NCBI GenBank assembly: GCA_905178155.1
Contig: CAJINV010000010.1
Coordinates: 2,617,794 to 2,681,793 of the forward strand
Direction of reading: 5' to 3'
DNA: 64,000 nt
Source of the DNA: Amoebophrya sp. A120
Taxonomy: Eukaryota > Protista > Dinoflagellata
Shown here: positions 1 through 12,472 of the stretch, in pieces
Layout of the letters: each line of letters starts with the position of its first letter
Numbering within the stretch: the stretch's first letter is position 1
Made by a program: the position numbers and the translations under genes
The notes under the pieces: model-generated
What the model was told of the DNA's origin: nothing
Databases searched by the model: none
Seen by the model: only the letters and a program-made list of their open reading frames with translations

Positions 1-150
1 AAAGTTGGGATTTCTGGTTCCTAGAGATTCAACTGTGATTTTTCATCAAAAACCCAGAAATGTAGAAAAAGTCCTAGGACTTTTTCTACATTTCGCACTT
101 TTTCATGATTTTTGCAAGGTCAAAGTCTAGGAACCAGAAATCCCAACTTT
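1..150. repeat. Concentric inverted repeat / large hairpin
   Basis: 1-25 (AAAGTTGGGATTTCTGGTTCCTAGA) pairs with 126-150. A perfect 38-bp palindrome at 57-94 (GAAATGTAGAAAAAGTCCT|AGGACTTTTTCTACATTTC) lies on the same axis (75/76). Confidence 0.9.
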
Positions 151-278
151 TGGAGCGTCCATTTTTACTTCTGAATTTTGTGATTTCTATCCAATTTGCG
201 TCATCTATCCAACCAAAAAACACAGTTGTACAGGGAGAAAACTTAAGGCTGAGTTGAAAAAAAAACCGCGTTTTGAAG

Positions 279-2316
279 ATGAGTTCGTCCGAATCTCTGC
301 TGCATTTCCTCGATGAGGAAGAGGCCGTTCTGGCTCTCGAGGCCCTGCCCACCGCGATCGAGAAGGCCAAAACCGGTGCCCCGGACGACGTCATCGCGCT
401 GTGCGACGCCATGAAAAAGGTCCTTCCGACGAAGGAAGAGGTCGCCGCGGTGCTCAAGGCGTGGCGCGCCGGAAAACTGACCAAGGTAATCATATATAGC
501 TTTTACGAAGTGAAAAAATAGGAACGTTTCTACTTTTTTATAAAACATCTTGATCATACGAAGCAACATCACGGCTTGTATAATAGGAGTGTTTTTGTTT
601 TTTTATGAAAAGCAGAACATAGAAAGGTCGTATCTCACTAACAAATCAATACTTGAAAACTGTGTCAATCACCTCTACAGGCCGACATGATGCAGTTCTG
701 TCAGAGATTCGTCGATAGACGATTTAAACAGGGAGCGACGTTACTCCTCTCGGTGCTCAACCGTTTTGGACAATCGAAACTCAACCCCCTCCGCTCCTTG
801 GCGCACATGCACAAGCTGTTGGGGTACATGGAATCCGGTGAATACGTCGTCGTCCGCGGTATATTCCGTAGTTTAGAACAAGCAAAGATTTTACTATATA
901 TCGCAGCTTAGAGCAAGAAAAATTTTTACTTTTTTCCTAGCGCGCTGTGCCGCGGAGCCGTCTTTCGTAGAATAAAAGCGGACCACTTCCCCCCCCCCGT
1001 TCGTGTACAATGCCCACCCTCCCACTCGAAAATAGGTAGCATCAACGTCATTTGCAGTGCTGCGGCTTACTTTCTTGCCAAGTGGGAACTGCACGCCTTT
1101 CGCTTGCGTGCAAACAGGTCCGACACATGGCCACACTACTACCCAAACGAAAGGAAGAACTACCTCGCGCAAAAAAAAGCGCTGAAAAAGCGGGTGAGTG
1201 AGGCCTTGTGCACTTTGTTGCACCGCTACCCGCCCGGGTATGCAAAGGCAGTAGTGCAAGCAATTAGCAACCCCGACAACAAGCCCTGGTACGAATGCCC
1301 GCACATCCCTGCCTGCCTCGCTGCTACACACCCTAGCGAAGTCGCCCCCGGAGAACGCGCAATGATTTTTCGCTCCTGGGCCAATGACAAGTTCAAGTTG
1401 CGGCGCGCATTTAACGCGCCGATAATCAAGCACAACAGCCGACCCCTGGCTGAGATGAGGGACGAAGATGAGGATTCAGACTGGGACTCATCACCTCCTA
1501 TTTGTGTTGTTGAGTGCCGACAACCAGAACATCATCTACGATTCAAAAAAGATATTATCGCCATTGCCGTCGATCCCACGGCCCCGGATGGTAAGCTGTC
1601 CCTCGCCGCGGAGCAGGAAGTTTTCTACGAAGTGATTTCCGGGTATCACTCCACCCGGGCCGCCCAGGAGCTCGTGAAGCGCGAGGACGGTTCCAACAAG
1701 TTCGAGCGGATGCGCATGCGGTATTTCTTACTACTGGTTTCTGTTTTACATACAAGTACAAATTCACTCGCGCCACAAGTCGTATCTCGCAGCCGCATCT
1801 CCATGTGCACAAGATTGAAGTTTTCAGAAATAGTTTAAGATCGCAGTCGAAGAAGATTTTGTATGTTTTCACTCCGTGGAAAGAATGCTCGTGTCTTTTT
1901 CTCTTCAGAAATTCCGCTCATGAGGCCGAAACCTGAAGACGAACTGCAGCACACTAAAGCATGACCACGAGTACAACCACGACGTATACACAACTATAAC
2001 GAAATCGAAAGCAAAAGCTTTGGTGAAACGGAGCCACACATTTCATCTCAGGTACACCATCTACAGCTCCGAGTTCGCCAAGTACGAGGACTTATGCAGA
2101 ATCTTTATCAGGCTCTGCAACGAGAGTAACTCGACTTTGACAACCACACATGTTGAAAAACTGTTGGTTGTTTTTCCCCAAGTATTAGACCCGCCCAGTT
2201 GGGTATTTTATGTTTTTACTGATGGCTCTGGTGATACAGATACTCATACTGATAGTCGTCGTGATAGAGATGATGATGGCGCTTACGGTGGCGATGCGTC
2301 TTGCGTCATTTTCTAA
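279..2316 (+). CDS. Hypothetical multi-exon protein with canonical GT-AG introns (may be more than one gene)
   Basis: GC3-rich exon 279-485 (MSSSESLLHF...KLTK), then GT..AG intron 486-680 joining in phase 0 to ADMMQFCQ. Further coding-like blocks at about 1058-1720 and 2050-2316. Downstream junctions not resolved; no recognisable domain. Confidence 0.45.
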
Positions 2317-2367
2317 ATTTAAAAAGAAGAAGATCGTGATCGTGGGTGTCAGTGTCACTACTTCTTG

Positions 2368-3126
2368 TCACAGCTTCACCTTCTCCGCAGCCTCGACCTG
2401 GTATGCATAGTCTCGCTGGAGATAATGCATCAAGGTGGTCAAGCAAGCATGGCCTGAGAGCTGCATGATTGTTGTCAAAGCAGTGCCGGACCTATGTAGG
2501 TGTCCGATTAGACTCCTTCGCGGAGTATGGCTCGTCACTAGGTGCGGCGGACACGACCTCTTTCCTTCGGGAGTGAAGGTCATTCGCGCAGTTCGGACCT
2601 TCTTTTCGAATGCCTCATACGCAAAGCTGAAAACTCGGTCCTTTGCCGCTTTGCCCTGTGCCCGAAGAGTTTGAAGTCGCTCGACGATAAAGTCCTTCGT
2701 GGCTTTAACGGGCTGGATGGGGACCCACTTCAATGTGCCGCGCCCGCCGCTGTTCTGCGCTAATTTAGTATTGCCGATGCGGATCTGCGTTGTTTGGATG
2801 TCCTCCAGGTTGAGGCACCTCACATCCATTCCACGCCGCCCGGTTAGGCAGGCAAGAATCCACGCGAACCGGTACTGCTTACCGGCTTCGGTTTTCCTGC
2901 CGGTGCTTTTCTCCAAGTGCAGCCCAAATCTGCGGCAGTCCGGCATGGTCATGGACCCACTCCGCTCCTCCGCGTCGACAATGTTGTTCTTTCTGGTTTT
3001 AGGAGCTTTGCTCTTCTGCGCCCCCAATCGCGCCTTGCTTTTTGATGTCACCTTAGGACGCGCCTTCATTGCTACTTTCTTTGTTCCGCTGCGTGCGGGC
3101 TTTGTACGTCGCTTTCCCTTTGGCAT
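2368..3126 (-). CDS. Tyrosine recombinase / integrase (lambda-Int/XerD-type catalytic domain) with basic N-terminal extension
   Basis: 252-aa intronless ORF with the catalytic set in order: LACLTGRR (R), NTK (K), HTPRR (HxxR), LSGH (H) and LMHY (nucleophile Y). Lys/Arg-rich first ~50 aa. Confidence 0.9.
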   Translation of the reverse strand: MPKGKRRTKPARSGTKKVAMKARPKVTSKSKARLGAQKSKAPKTRKNNIVDAEERSGSMTMPDCRRFGLHLEKSTGRKTEAGKQYRFAWILACLTGRRGMDVRCLNLEDIQTTQIRIGNTKLAQNSGGRGTLKWVPIQPVKATKDFIVERLQTLRAQGKAAKDRVFSFAYEAFEKKVRTARMTFTPEGKRSCPPHLVTSHTPRRSLIGHLHRSGTALTTIMQLSGHACLTTLMHYLQRDYAYQVEAAEKVKL

Positions 3127-3264
3127 GATCGCTTCGTGACAGAGGATGGTGGAGGGGACGTTCTGTGATGTGTTTTAAATTTATTTCATGACACAGAGAC
3201 GCCTTTTTTTTTCACATATTGAGCTCGCAGCGACATGAAGATGTTTCTCAAAACAACATGACAG

Positions 3265-6128
3265 CTGCACCGGGAATGGGTCAAACACAACAAGGAAAAC
3301 GCCGACGCCCGTGTGGACCTGTACGAGTTCTTCAGCGTATAATATCTACCATCATTGTTTATGTTTTTTTTTTCCTACACCAGATTAGCACTAGTGTGAG
3401 CCTGGGTATATTGTTGGAAGTACTCAGATCGTTATCGTAGTCGTTTTTATATTTAAATTTAAATTTAAATTTATTACAACTTCATGTTCATGCTCATGCT
3501 CATGGTCATGCTCATCTACAATTACTCGCAGGCCAACGTCGACAACATTGCGAACAAAAGCGAAGTGGAAATTTACCTGCAGTGCTGGAGAGAGTTCGCC
3601 TCCGGTGGCACCCACGAGTGGGCCGAGGTCTGCAGGAACAAAGGTGTCGAGGACGACGAGTCGAAGTACCCCAACCTCTACCGGTACGACATAACTACTT
3701 GATGCGATGAAATGACTACCAAGACAGAGCAATTCTGTGTGGACAAAACTAGAAAGTAAATTCGACGGTAGTGGAAGTGGAAGTGTTATGTCTAGCGGAA
3801 GTGTCATGTCTAGCTTTAACTTTCTGGTCGCTGTCGGATGAGTTGTTCAGTTTTAGTTGCAAGAGAAAAGACTTATACTTAATCTCAAACTATTTCTATC
3901 AATATTCCAGGACGAAGGTCCTCGATAGTGGTCTGAAGTACCAGCTCCCGGTCATCAAGGACGGCACGTTGTACTGCGTCATGAGCTTGGTCTTGGGCGA
4001 GAACAAGATCGGGTTGTCGAAGAAGCAGGTCAAGCTGCTGATGCACCTGTGCCAGTTGAACATGTCGCGCCGCTTGGACTGTGCCGATGAAAGAAACAAG
4101 ATGGTTTTGCACTTGATCGTTGAGACCGCCCGCAACGCCGCGCGGGACATCGATCACGAAGGGCAAGTGGGTGCGACCGTGTCGGTATAAGAATACTACT
4201 TGCGATTTTGAGTCGATCGCCATGTCTACTTAGCGTCCTCATGCATGGAGCGTTTTTATCTATCACAATTATAGACCAGACGATGACCAAGACCACCACC
4301 ATGATATTACTATTTGAATTGGCATTTGCGTATTTATATTTTTATCTATCACAGACCATCGAGAGCAAGAACGACCTCGTGACGGCGATGCGCCCCGTGG
4401 ATGCCGGATTGTTGTGCGACCAGCCGTGGTTGTTTTTGGCGGAGGACATTCAGTTGGAAAAGCGGCGCAAGATCGTGTTGAATGACATTTTGCGGGTCAT
4501 CAAATTCGACATGAAGATGTTCGGCTGCGACAACTGCGGTGTGTGGACGGTCGTCCAAAAGAGCATCCCCGTCCGTATTGATTTGTTTTTTGACGTTCAT
4601 GTTCATGAGTAGCACTTTGTGTTTTTAGATTTAGTTTGCGCAATTCATGAAGTCTGATTTCGCAAGACGACATGTGCATGAAACAACGTAAAAAAACAGA
4701 GCCGATCGCCAATTTGGCCCCCAAGCACCACGTGATCGTGGACAGCAACCACTTTGATGAGCCCCAGCGTGGCGTCATCGAGAAGTCCGTGGCCGGCCCG
4801 CAGGTCGCCAAGAAGAAGCAGCAGATGCAGTCCGTGACCGAAGAGCAGATCCAGTGGGACAAGGATATTAAGGAGGAGATGCGGTCCGCAATCAAGGCGT
4901 CCATCGCGGCCGAGAAGGCCCGGCACCAGTCGGCCAAGAAGATCGACAAGACGGATCAGCTGCAGCTGGTGGAAGCTTCCGGTAAGGGAAAGGAAAAGTT
5001 TGTCTCCAAGATGGAGCGCCGGCAGAAGTGGTATAGTGATCGCATCGACACGCTGACCTCGGAGTTGAAAAGCGCGGAGGAAGAGAAGTTTTTCTTGACT
5101 ACCCTCCTGCAGCGGAAGCTGTCGGTACTGAGTTTCACACTTGATTATGAGATGATGATGATAGGTCGAAAATCTGTGTTCTAGATCTAAACCATGAGAT
5201 ATTCATATTGCTTTTTTAAAGAATAAGAAAGATCAGTTGTTCCTGCAGCTTCAACTTCAACTTCGAAACGCAAACGTATCTTCAGATCCCGGCCGAAATC
5301 ATCTCGATCGATGTGCCCCACTACGCCTGGGAAGACACGGACATGGACTTTGAGCACGACAACACCATGGTGGTGTCGGTGGAGGATATCGAGAAGATGG
5401 CCGTGGTCCCGGGTCGCTTTCCGGTCGAGATCGAGTGGGGTCCGAACCGCGTGGTGATGGACGACTTGGAGTACGACAACGACCCCGGTCAGTACTGCGA
5501 CTTCATGTCGGACATCGTGTTGGAGTGGAAGCCGGCCAGGTCGATTTCGACCCCGGTCACGTTCAGGGGAAGGGAGCTCGATGCGGGGGGATATGTCATC
5601 AAGTACAAGATGCCCTGCTACACGCCCCCCCCGAAGGACGATGATGAGCCCTCCCAGTCCGCCTCCGACGACACCAAGGGTAAGAAGAAGAAGTCCAAGA
5701 AGAAGAAGTTGTCCAAGAAGAACCAGGCTGCGTTCAAGTTGATCGAGAGCGGCAACTTTGGTTTCGGCCAGGACAACAAAGCGGCGTCCCAGGACTTCAA
5801 TGCGGCCTACGAAGAGATGTCGGAGGAGGTGTTCGAGGAGGAGTTGAACAAGGACCGCACGTCGTCCTCCGCGGCTGCGTCGTCCTCCGCCAACACCAAC
5901 ATGCAGACCGGCGGTTCTAGCTCTTCTTCGTCGAAGCCGAACGTCAACGTGAAGGGCAAGGCGAACCCGAAGGCCAAGTCGATGAAGAGCATGAAGTCCA
6001 TGAAGTCCGCCAAGCGCGAGAAGCTGCTGCCGTCCGACGACGAGGGTGAGGACGACAATGCCACCTCGTCGAAGCACAAGGGAAAGCGATCCCGTGGTGA
6101 CAGTCTGATCGATGAGGACGACTTGTAA
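3265..6128 (+). CDS. Hypothetical ~660-aa protein with at least 6 exons, coiled-coil middle and Lys/Ser-rich C-terminus
   Basis: Exons 3265-3336, 3532-3683, 3911-4184, 4355-4574, 4700-5124 and 5286-6128 are joined by five AT-rich GT-AG introns whose phases (0,2,0,1,0) all match. Start exon not identified. Confidence 0.7.
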
Positions 6129-7871
6129 TGTTAATGTAACTTTACTAGTACTACTTGATTATGTTGATGAGAAGGTGATCTTCAACTTTTTCAGAAATTA
6201 ATGCATGCTGATGAACGCTGCAACTGCAAAAAAATCTACTGCTACTTCTACTTACTCTTACACAAAACTGATGCTACTAAATGGACTAGATGTGCGGTAT
6301 TTTTCTTGCGTGAAGCATGTGTTTGTCTTCATGCGACACAACGCGAAATTTTGTCTATGTCTTCGCGCGCACGATTTTCGAGTCACTGCTTTCGCATTCC
6401 GCAAAGTCAGCGACGAGAAGCTACTACGACGGCGAAGTTTGGCAAGATAAATTATGGAATTACTACAACAACAACAGGACAGCTCGAAAGCCAGTAGATC
6501 TTCGGTCGCTGTCTTAGTCATGTCATATTCAACGACCTATACTAATATCTAAGAAAGAGCCTCTGCTATTTCTTGCGCCTTCCGGAGCGTTGTTGATTGT
6601 GCCTTGACTTAGACCTGTGCCGAGTTCTAAAGCTATCTCCCATGCTTGACTCGAAGCCAGGCGCAACTTCGCATTGGCTACATGATACGCTCTCACCGCG
6701 GTGCTATGATTTCCTAGTCTTTTTTGTTGTGCAAATAGCTTCGGTCTTGCAACTTTTACTTTCGTACTTGTTGATGTTGTCTTTCAACATCATCAAGAAC
6801 AATATAAGTATTATGAATTTCGTATAGAAGTTGAAATCAACAAGTACTGATAGAGCTGGGCACGTAAAATTTAGATCTTTCTTTTTTTGTTTCGCACTAC
6901 CTATCGGAATATCAATTTGTTTTCTATCAAGAAATACTTCATCTCTTTGTGCTCAGCTCGACCTTTATCCTGCTCTATCGTCGACGCCACTCTAGATCAT
7001 GTCTAGTGATGGTGTTGGCAAAATAACTAGAACTTCACTTTATTGCTGCTTGTCTGTGTCGACGACGTAGATGTTTCGCAGCAAAAACGTTTTTACGGAA
7101 CGGTCACTGTATCATCTGCAAACGATTTCGTAAATCTCTGCAGAGGTGGAGCTGCGCACGCGCAACCACCACGGCGGGCAAGAGTTTGAGTCAGCAGAAA
7201 TTTTTCGTGACTTGTCTATCCGATATATGGGAAAATAAAATGGCACTTTCAATATATCAATATGAATATCTATATTCGAAGTTTGTTTTAATTTTATTTT
7301 TATTGTTACTTCTACATTATGTTCTTGTTAATGATAATGATATCACATTCACTGTTCTAAACCTCTACGGAGGCGATTCCACTGTCGATGCATTTTTATG
7401 CGGTGCCGAAGTGCGCTGCATAGCCAACCAATCCGAAGCTGTCGGACTAAACGTGTATGTAAAAATCTTTTTTACTTTCACCTAGGTCTTGGCAGTTTCA
7501 AACACTTGTTTTCAGGAGAAGTTGAGGAAGATCGATTGTTGATTTGTGCGTAGAAACGGCGCTGCACCAGAGGAAACCGCGGACACAGAGAGAGCGCGCT
7601 TGCACTTGTTACGACTGAGCTTCCACATCAAAGAAACTTTTGTTGATTCAACTTTCTCGATTCATCGCTGACGATGAGAACAACTTCTTTCCCATAGACA
7701 CTAGCGGATGCGCGTCCGCACCTTCGCGTTGGTCTCGCCCAGTATCGTAGAAGTTGTATCATATAGATATACGTGCGTGGCGCACATCCACATGATAAAG
7801 CTCTCGGTTGTTGTTTTCCTAATGACATGCAAGTATTGCAATTTCGGTCAATTGTCCTCAAAAAGGTCAAA

Positions 7872-7944
7872 AGTTGTGGTTTTGCTGTAAACCACAACTA
7901 TTCAGATTTGTGACCCACACACACAAATCTGAATAGTTGTGGTT
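7872..7944. repeat. Hairpin with 23-bp perfect stem and an alternative pairing arm
   Basis: 7890-7912 AACCACAACTATTCAGATTTGTG pairs with 7922-7944 around a 9-nt loop. 7872-7882 AGTTGTGGTTT can alternatively pair with 7889-7899. Confidence 0.85.
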
Positions 7945-8217
7945 CATCGGTGCGAGGTCGCGGTGTCCAGGATGAAGAGGTCGGAACGTCCAGAATGAAG
8001 AGGTCGGTTTCCAAAAATATCTGTACTCAGAACCAAAAATATTTGTACCTAGAACCATCATTTTTTTTCGGTCATGATCAAAATTTTTCGATCATGTGCA
8101 AAATATTTTTTGATCATGTGCAAGAAATTTTCGGTCATATGGCAAAAATTGATGAGCAGTTGAACGAAAATTTTTCATCGGTTCGTCGAGATATGTAGAT
8201 TTTCCAATGTTCTACTT

Positions 8218-8670
8218 TTGTATTTTGTTCGTTCATACAATCCCCGTCCCGGCGCACCAACAGGCGAAACAGCTTTTTCTGCCAATGTTTTATCCACGAT
8301 GAATCTGCGTGAGCCCCCCGATATCCCAGCAAAGTACATCGAAGCGGTCAACCAGAAAACCAAGACCGCACGTATGACCCGGTCAGACGTTACAATCTCA
8401 AACGTTACAATAGAAGCTGGATTTTGTATTGCATGATGAGAATGACAGATTCGGCCAGCATTCCTCTTTCTGCAATACAAATTTTGCCAGATTGTAGTGC
8501 GGTTTGGGACTCCGGAACTTGTCATGCGCAATCCTATGGGACGCGGACGTGGCTAGATAATGCACTTCTTGCATCACAGATTTCCATATTCTATTGTAAC
8601 GCTTGAGATTGTAAGCCTGAGCAGGTTTTTATAGCACGGCAGCGACAGGTGGCAAGAAGTCTGCTTTCCC
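8218..8670 (+). CDS. Partial exon(s) of a hypothetical gene interrupted by an introner
   Basis: Frame ...EAVNQKTKTAR continues as QRQVARSLL after removal of 8373-8638. Gene limits unknown. Confidence 0.35.
8373..8633. mobile_element. Introner, family E (TATG...GTTACAATCTCAAA TIR)
   Basis: TIRs with 5-bp DR GCACG/GCACG; homologous to 60533-60792. Confidence 0.85.
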
Positions 8671-11600
8671 TTATCCCGATGAAAAAAGCTAGGATGCTTC
8701 TACTGTGATACGTGTCTGTGTGTGAAAATACATATATAATGGTGGTCTGAAAGTCTCTAGTAGAAGTGATGTGGGACGGCAAGACCATTCGCGTGGAAGA
8801 TTTTTAAGTACAAGCGTCAGCTTGTTTGTTTGTTATGTGCGCCCTCACACGACACATTTTTATTTGAATGTGACGTGGTAGTTTTTTCCATTGTGATAGT
8901 CTTCGCGCTCGACGAAGACTGGCGGGGCGTTGCCGCCTATCAAGCGGAAAGAAAACATGGTCCCTGTTATTTCCCCAGCCGACCTGTCATGCAAGTTTGC
9001 AGGCTTAGTACGTAGAAAGTGCGGCATGGGCTGGCACATCGACGGCATTCTTGTCTAGGCTTGGCTGTGAAGAATTCGTCTTCAGCCACCTTGCACAACA
9101 TAATATTTTCTGGCATGTTGGCGAAGCGACTTTGATTTGTTCTGCATCATGTAAACCAGGTTGCTTTTCTTGCTACCCACAAGAAAACTCTGTTGCGGCA
9201 TATAATTGCACAGATTTCATTTTCTCCTTTTGTCTAGTACTTTGGGGCGAGGACCACGTTTTTGCAGAGGATGTCGTGCGGTTCCCCCAGATCGGTCCGG
9301 CGCTTCAGGATTTGGGTCTTGGGGACCACAGTATGTAGTTGTCTATTGCTTGGCGGATCCTCAGAGGTTTTTATTGTGGCTGGCGCGCGGCTGTGCCGGA
9401 ACTCGCCATGATGCGGGAGGTTGTTTATATCACTTGGTCAAGGGGGAAGGCGTAGGACCTTTCGCGCGGGTTGTGCTTACAGGGCGCGCGCTAGTGCGCT
9501 AGTAGAGTGGCTTCCTTCTGTGTGAAGGCTTTCCTTTTTCGGGTATTCACATACACTGCTCCTGCTCGAGTAACAGATGTTCGTGCTTCGCGCATTGGTC
9601 GGCAAGGTATGGGCTACGTGCGCTCGGCACGGCGATTCAGGGACCCGGAGATAACGAGGTGTAGGCGCTGTTGGAAGCGAGGTTGTTCTGCCACTGGGTA
9701 TGCTGTGCGGGTTGGATTCGGTCGGTTGCCTGTCTTCCCTTGGGGGCAAGTGGGGCTGGGGCTGGCGCTGTTCCCCCCATTCAACCACCGGAGGTGGGGT
9801 TCTGGGGGGTCTTGCCCTTGGGGCCAGGTGGTGGTGGAGTGGGTCGCTCCCCGCTATGGAAGCTAGGCCCGGCCTGCTACGCCCAGCCCCTTCAGGCTCG
9901 ATCCAACGGGCCGCTTGGGTGTTGGCTCTGTCTGAATAACACTCGGAAGGAACGCAGCGAAAATATTTTCTCCTTTTCTCTCATATGGGGCGGGGACCAC
10001 GTTACGTTTTTACGGAGGATGCCGTCCGCTTCCCCCAGAAAGGTCCAACGCTGCAGAAATTGCGACGGCAACTTATCGAACTAGTGAAAACTGCCTCTAC
10101 AACCCCCAGAACTTCTTTGAAGACGCTTGTATTGAAAAAGGTCCCAACAATAATTCCGATAGATCAAACAACGCCCATCTCGCACCTTTTTCCAGAAACA
10201 CGACAAATAATTCGCCCTGCAGAACAGCTAAAATTTGCGTTGCAAAATTGCATTTAGGACGACATAGTGTTGATGCAGCTTCCGACGCCTCGCCTCTCGG
10301 TCTCAATCAGAAAGATGTGCAGTTGTCCTTTCATGAGCTAGGCAAGAAGAAGAAGAACTTCCCACATTTGAAAATACTTTGCACTTCCTCGGTTGGGTGG
10401 CAGTTTATTTCATTTTGATACACGTGGAATTTCTGGAAAGGGCGGGCAAGCTGGGCAGTTGCGCGATGTCGTCGGGTCGAAATGTTCCTCTGACACTGAC
10501 TGACATTTCGCGTTTGTTGTCGGTGCGGTTAGGAGGCGGGGGCTCCCATTCAGGTTTAGCAGCGCGACATTTCTTTTACAACGACGACAGAGCTTTAGGA
10601 GCGGAAGATGAAGTAACAAGAGCCCCCTTTGGAGGGCCGCAAGAACCGGTTGAGGGACGACAGGTTGATGTAGCAAAGACCGGCACAGCATCAACATCAG
10701 AATCGCATGCCGGCGGCGTGGTCGGCTCTACAACGACTACATCAGATGGCGCAATAAAAGCCCATGAAACTACTTGTGTCGACCACTTTAACGCCATACG
10801 GTTTCAGAACCAGTGCGGAAAATTGCTGCAGAAATATTTTGCTCGTGCGTGTTGAGACTAAAGACAAAATCTGTGCAGAAGCAAGTCGTAGCAAAACGCG
10901 GACATAATTTTTAAAAAAGAAGAATAGAAACGCTCAGGCTGACCAACAAAATGGTAAGATGTGTAAAATTTTGAAAGAACAGATCATCATGGAAGCCTCG
11001 CCGTTGCGAGCGCGTCGTCTGTGTCCCGATTTTTGACATAGCTGACAAAGTAATGTGTCCCCGTCCTCTGTAAAGACTTTTGGATGATCGTGTTCGTATT
11101 TCCACTAGTGACGCTACTTCAGCGTGTTCTCGGATCTTATCGGTTCGTCTGCTTGTTCCACTGTCAAGAGAAATGTGTTTTCGTCAGCACCACGTGTCGG
11201 TTCCTGTTGTGTTGCCGCCTCTTCATCTGACAGATCGGTGCGCTCCTGCGTCTATAATCTACTTGCCGCTTTCTACTTTAGAAGGACAACAGAATCACCT
11301 CTACTGCGCTCGTATGTTCATGATTCGGTCTCGTCCTTGTGATCGGTATCGTTATATATCATACAGCGTTCGTGATGAATTAGTCGTCGTGCCTTCAGTT
11401 GAAATAAACAAGAACATCGCTCATTTGTATCGTGCAACTAGAAGATAGGAGTCGTGCCAGTGCCTATGAAATTTTCTGAATACTGCATCGATCGGTGATA
11501 TCGTGCCAACATTGATGTCGGTCTTTGACTTCATTACGTGCAACCGGTTGTTCGTGTCAACATCTTGCTCGTGTTTTATTTGATACCCCGTCCTCGTCGT

Positions 11601-12472
11601 GCAACACCCGTCTCGCATCGTCCCTTCCGAGTCACCGGATAGTAACCACGCGTGCAAGTTGAAACTGTTTTGTACTTTTAATATCGCACTTCTTTCACGT
11701 GCGACGATTTCACTCATCCCTCGGGATGCAGCAGCGCAGGAGCTGCAAAAGAATCGAGGATGCGATCATGATCCATTTCGACAGGTGTAGTAAGTAAGTA
11801 CTTACCAGTGGTATCAATCATTTTTGGCTCTGTGCTCCTCCAAACCCCCCGGAGGAGAATGAGCCTGAAATAGATTCTGTGCGTACTTACGACTATTCTG
11901 GTAAGAGAAACTCTAGGACTCAAGCCCCATTCTATCAAAGGAACAACCCCCAAAATACTTAAAATCCTTTTTACAACGCAAGCATCACTACTTTAACTTC
12001 TAGGCAAGAGCAAGAGCTGCCAGATTTCGGTCTGGAGTATTTACTGAGGTGGTCGGATCTTGACGCTGCGCACAAGAACTCTTGTTTCTGCTAGTAGTAT
12101 GTAATGTAATGTTTGTTATTCGATTTTTTTTGCACCCCTCTTATAGAGAAATAAACCCCAAAGCTTTTTATCCATCACTAAAAGAGAACCAGAACATGTT
12201 TACTGCTACCGCCGGACGATTCTCCGGTCCGGGGTGAAAAGAAGTTCCGCACGGGACGTCGACTTGCTTTTCACTGGACGTGGAGTTGTCACTTCCTACT
12301 TTATTTTCAGATTCGTCGTGCGAACCGAATCGGCGAGCACCTCGGCGAGAGCCACCTCCGCGAGGACAGTACAACTCCATTTCGGAGTCGGTGGCAGAAC
12401 AAAATCAAAATAGTGATACCGACCAGGCCAGCGCCAGGGTGGAAGCGTAGTACTACGTGAAAAAAGAATACT

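Noticed and set aside
2368-3126. The YR as the enzyme that mobilises the introners, with 5-bp DRs as crossover cores
   Set aside because: The DR sequence differs at every site and is single at empty sites, which fits staggered-cut target duplication by a DDE-type enzyme better. Only proximity links the two. Not excluded, but unsupported.
3450-3516. (ATTTAA)n and (CATGCT)n short tandem repeats; also (TCA)n(TCG)n at 28921-28955
   Set aside because: Ordinary intronic microsatellites and a poly-Ser codon run.
5187-6077. Long antisense ORFs (5187-6077, also 2699-3139 and 32630-33529)
   Set aside because: These are shadows of GC3-rich or low-complexity coding sequence on the opposite strand.
6500-6830. 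Minus-strand YIVLDD resembling a Walker B motif of a viral ATPase
   Set aside because: An in-frame stop follows within about 10 codons and no Walker A motif is visible.
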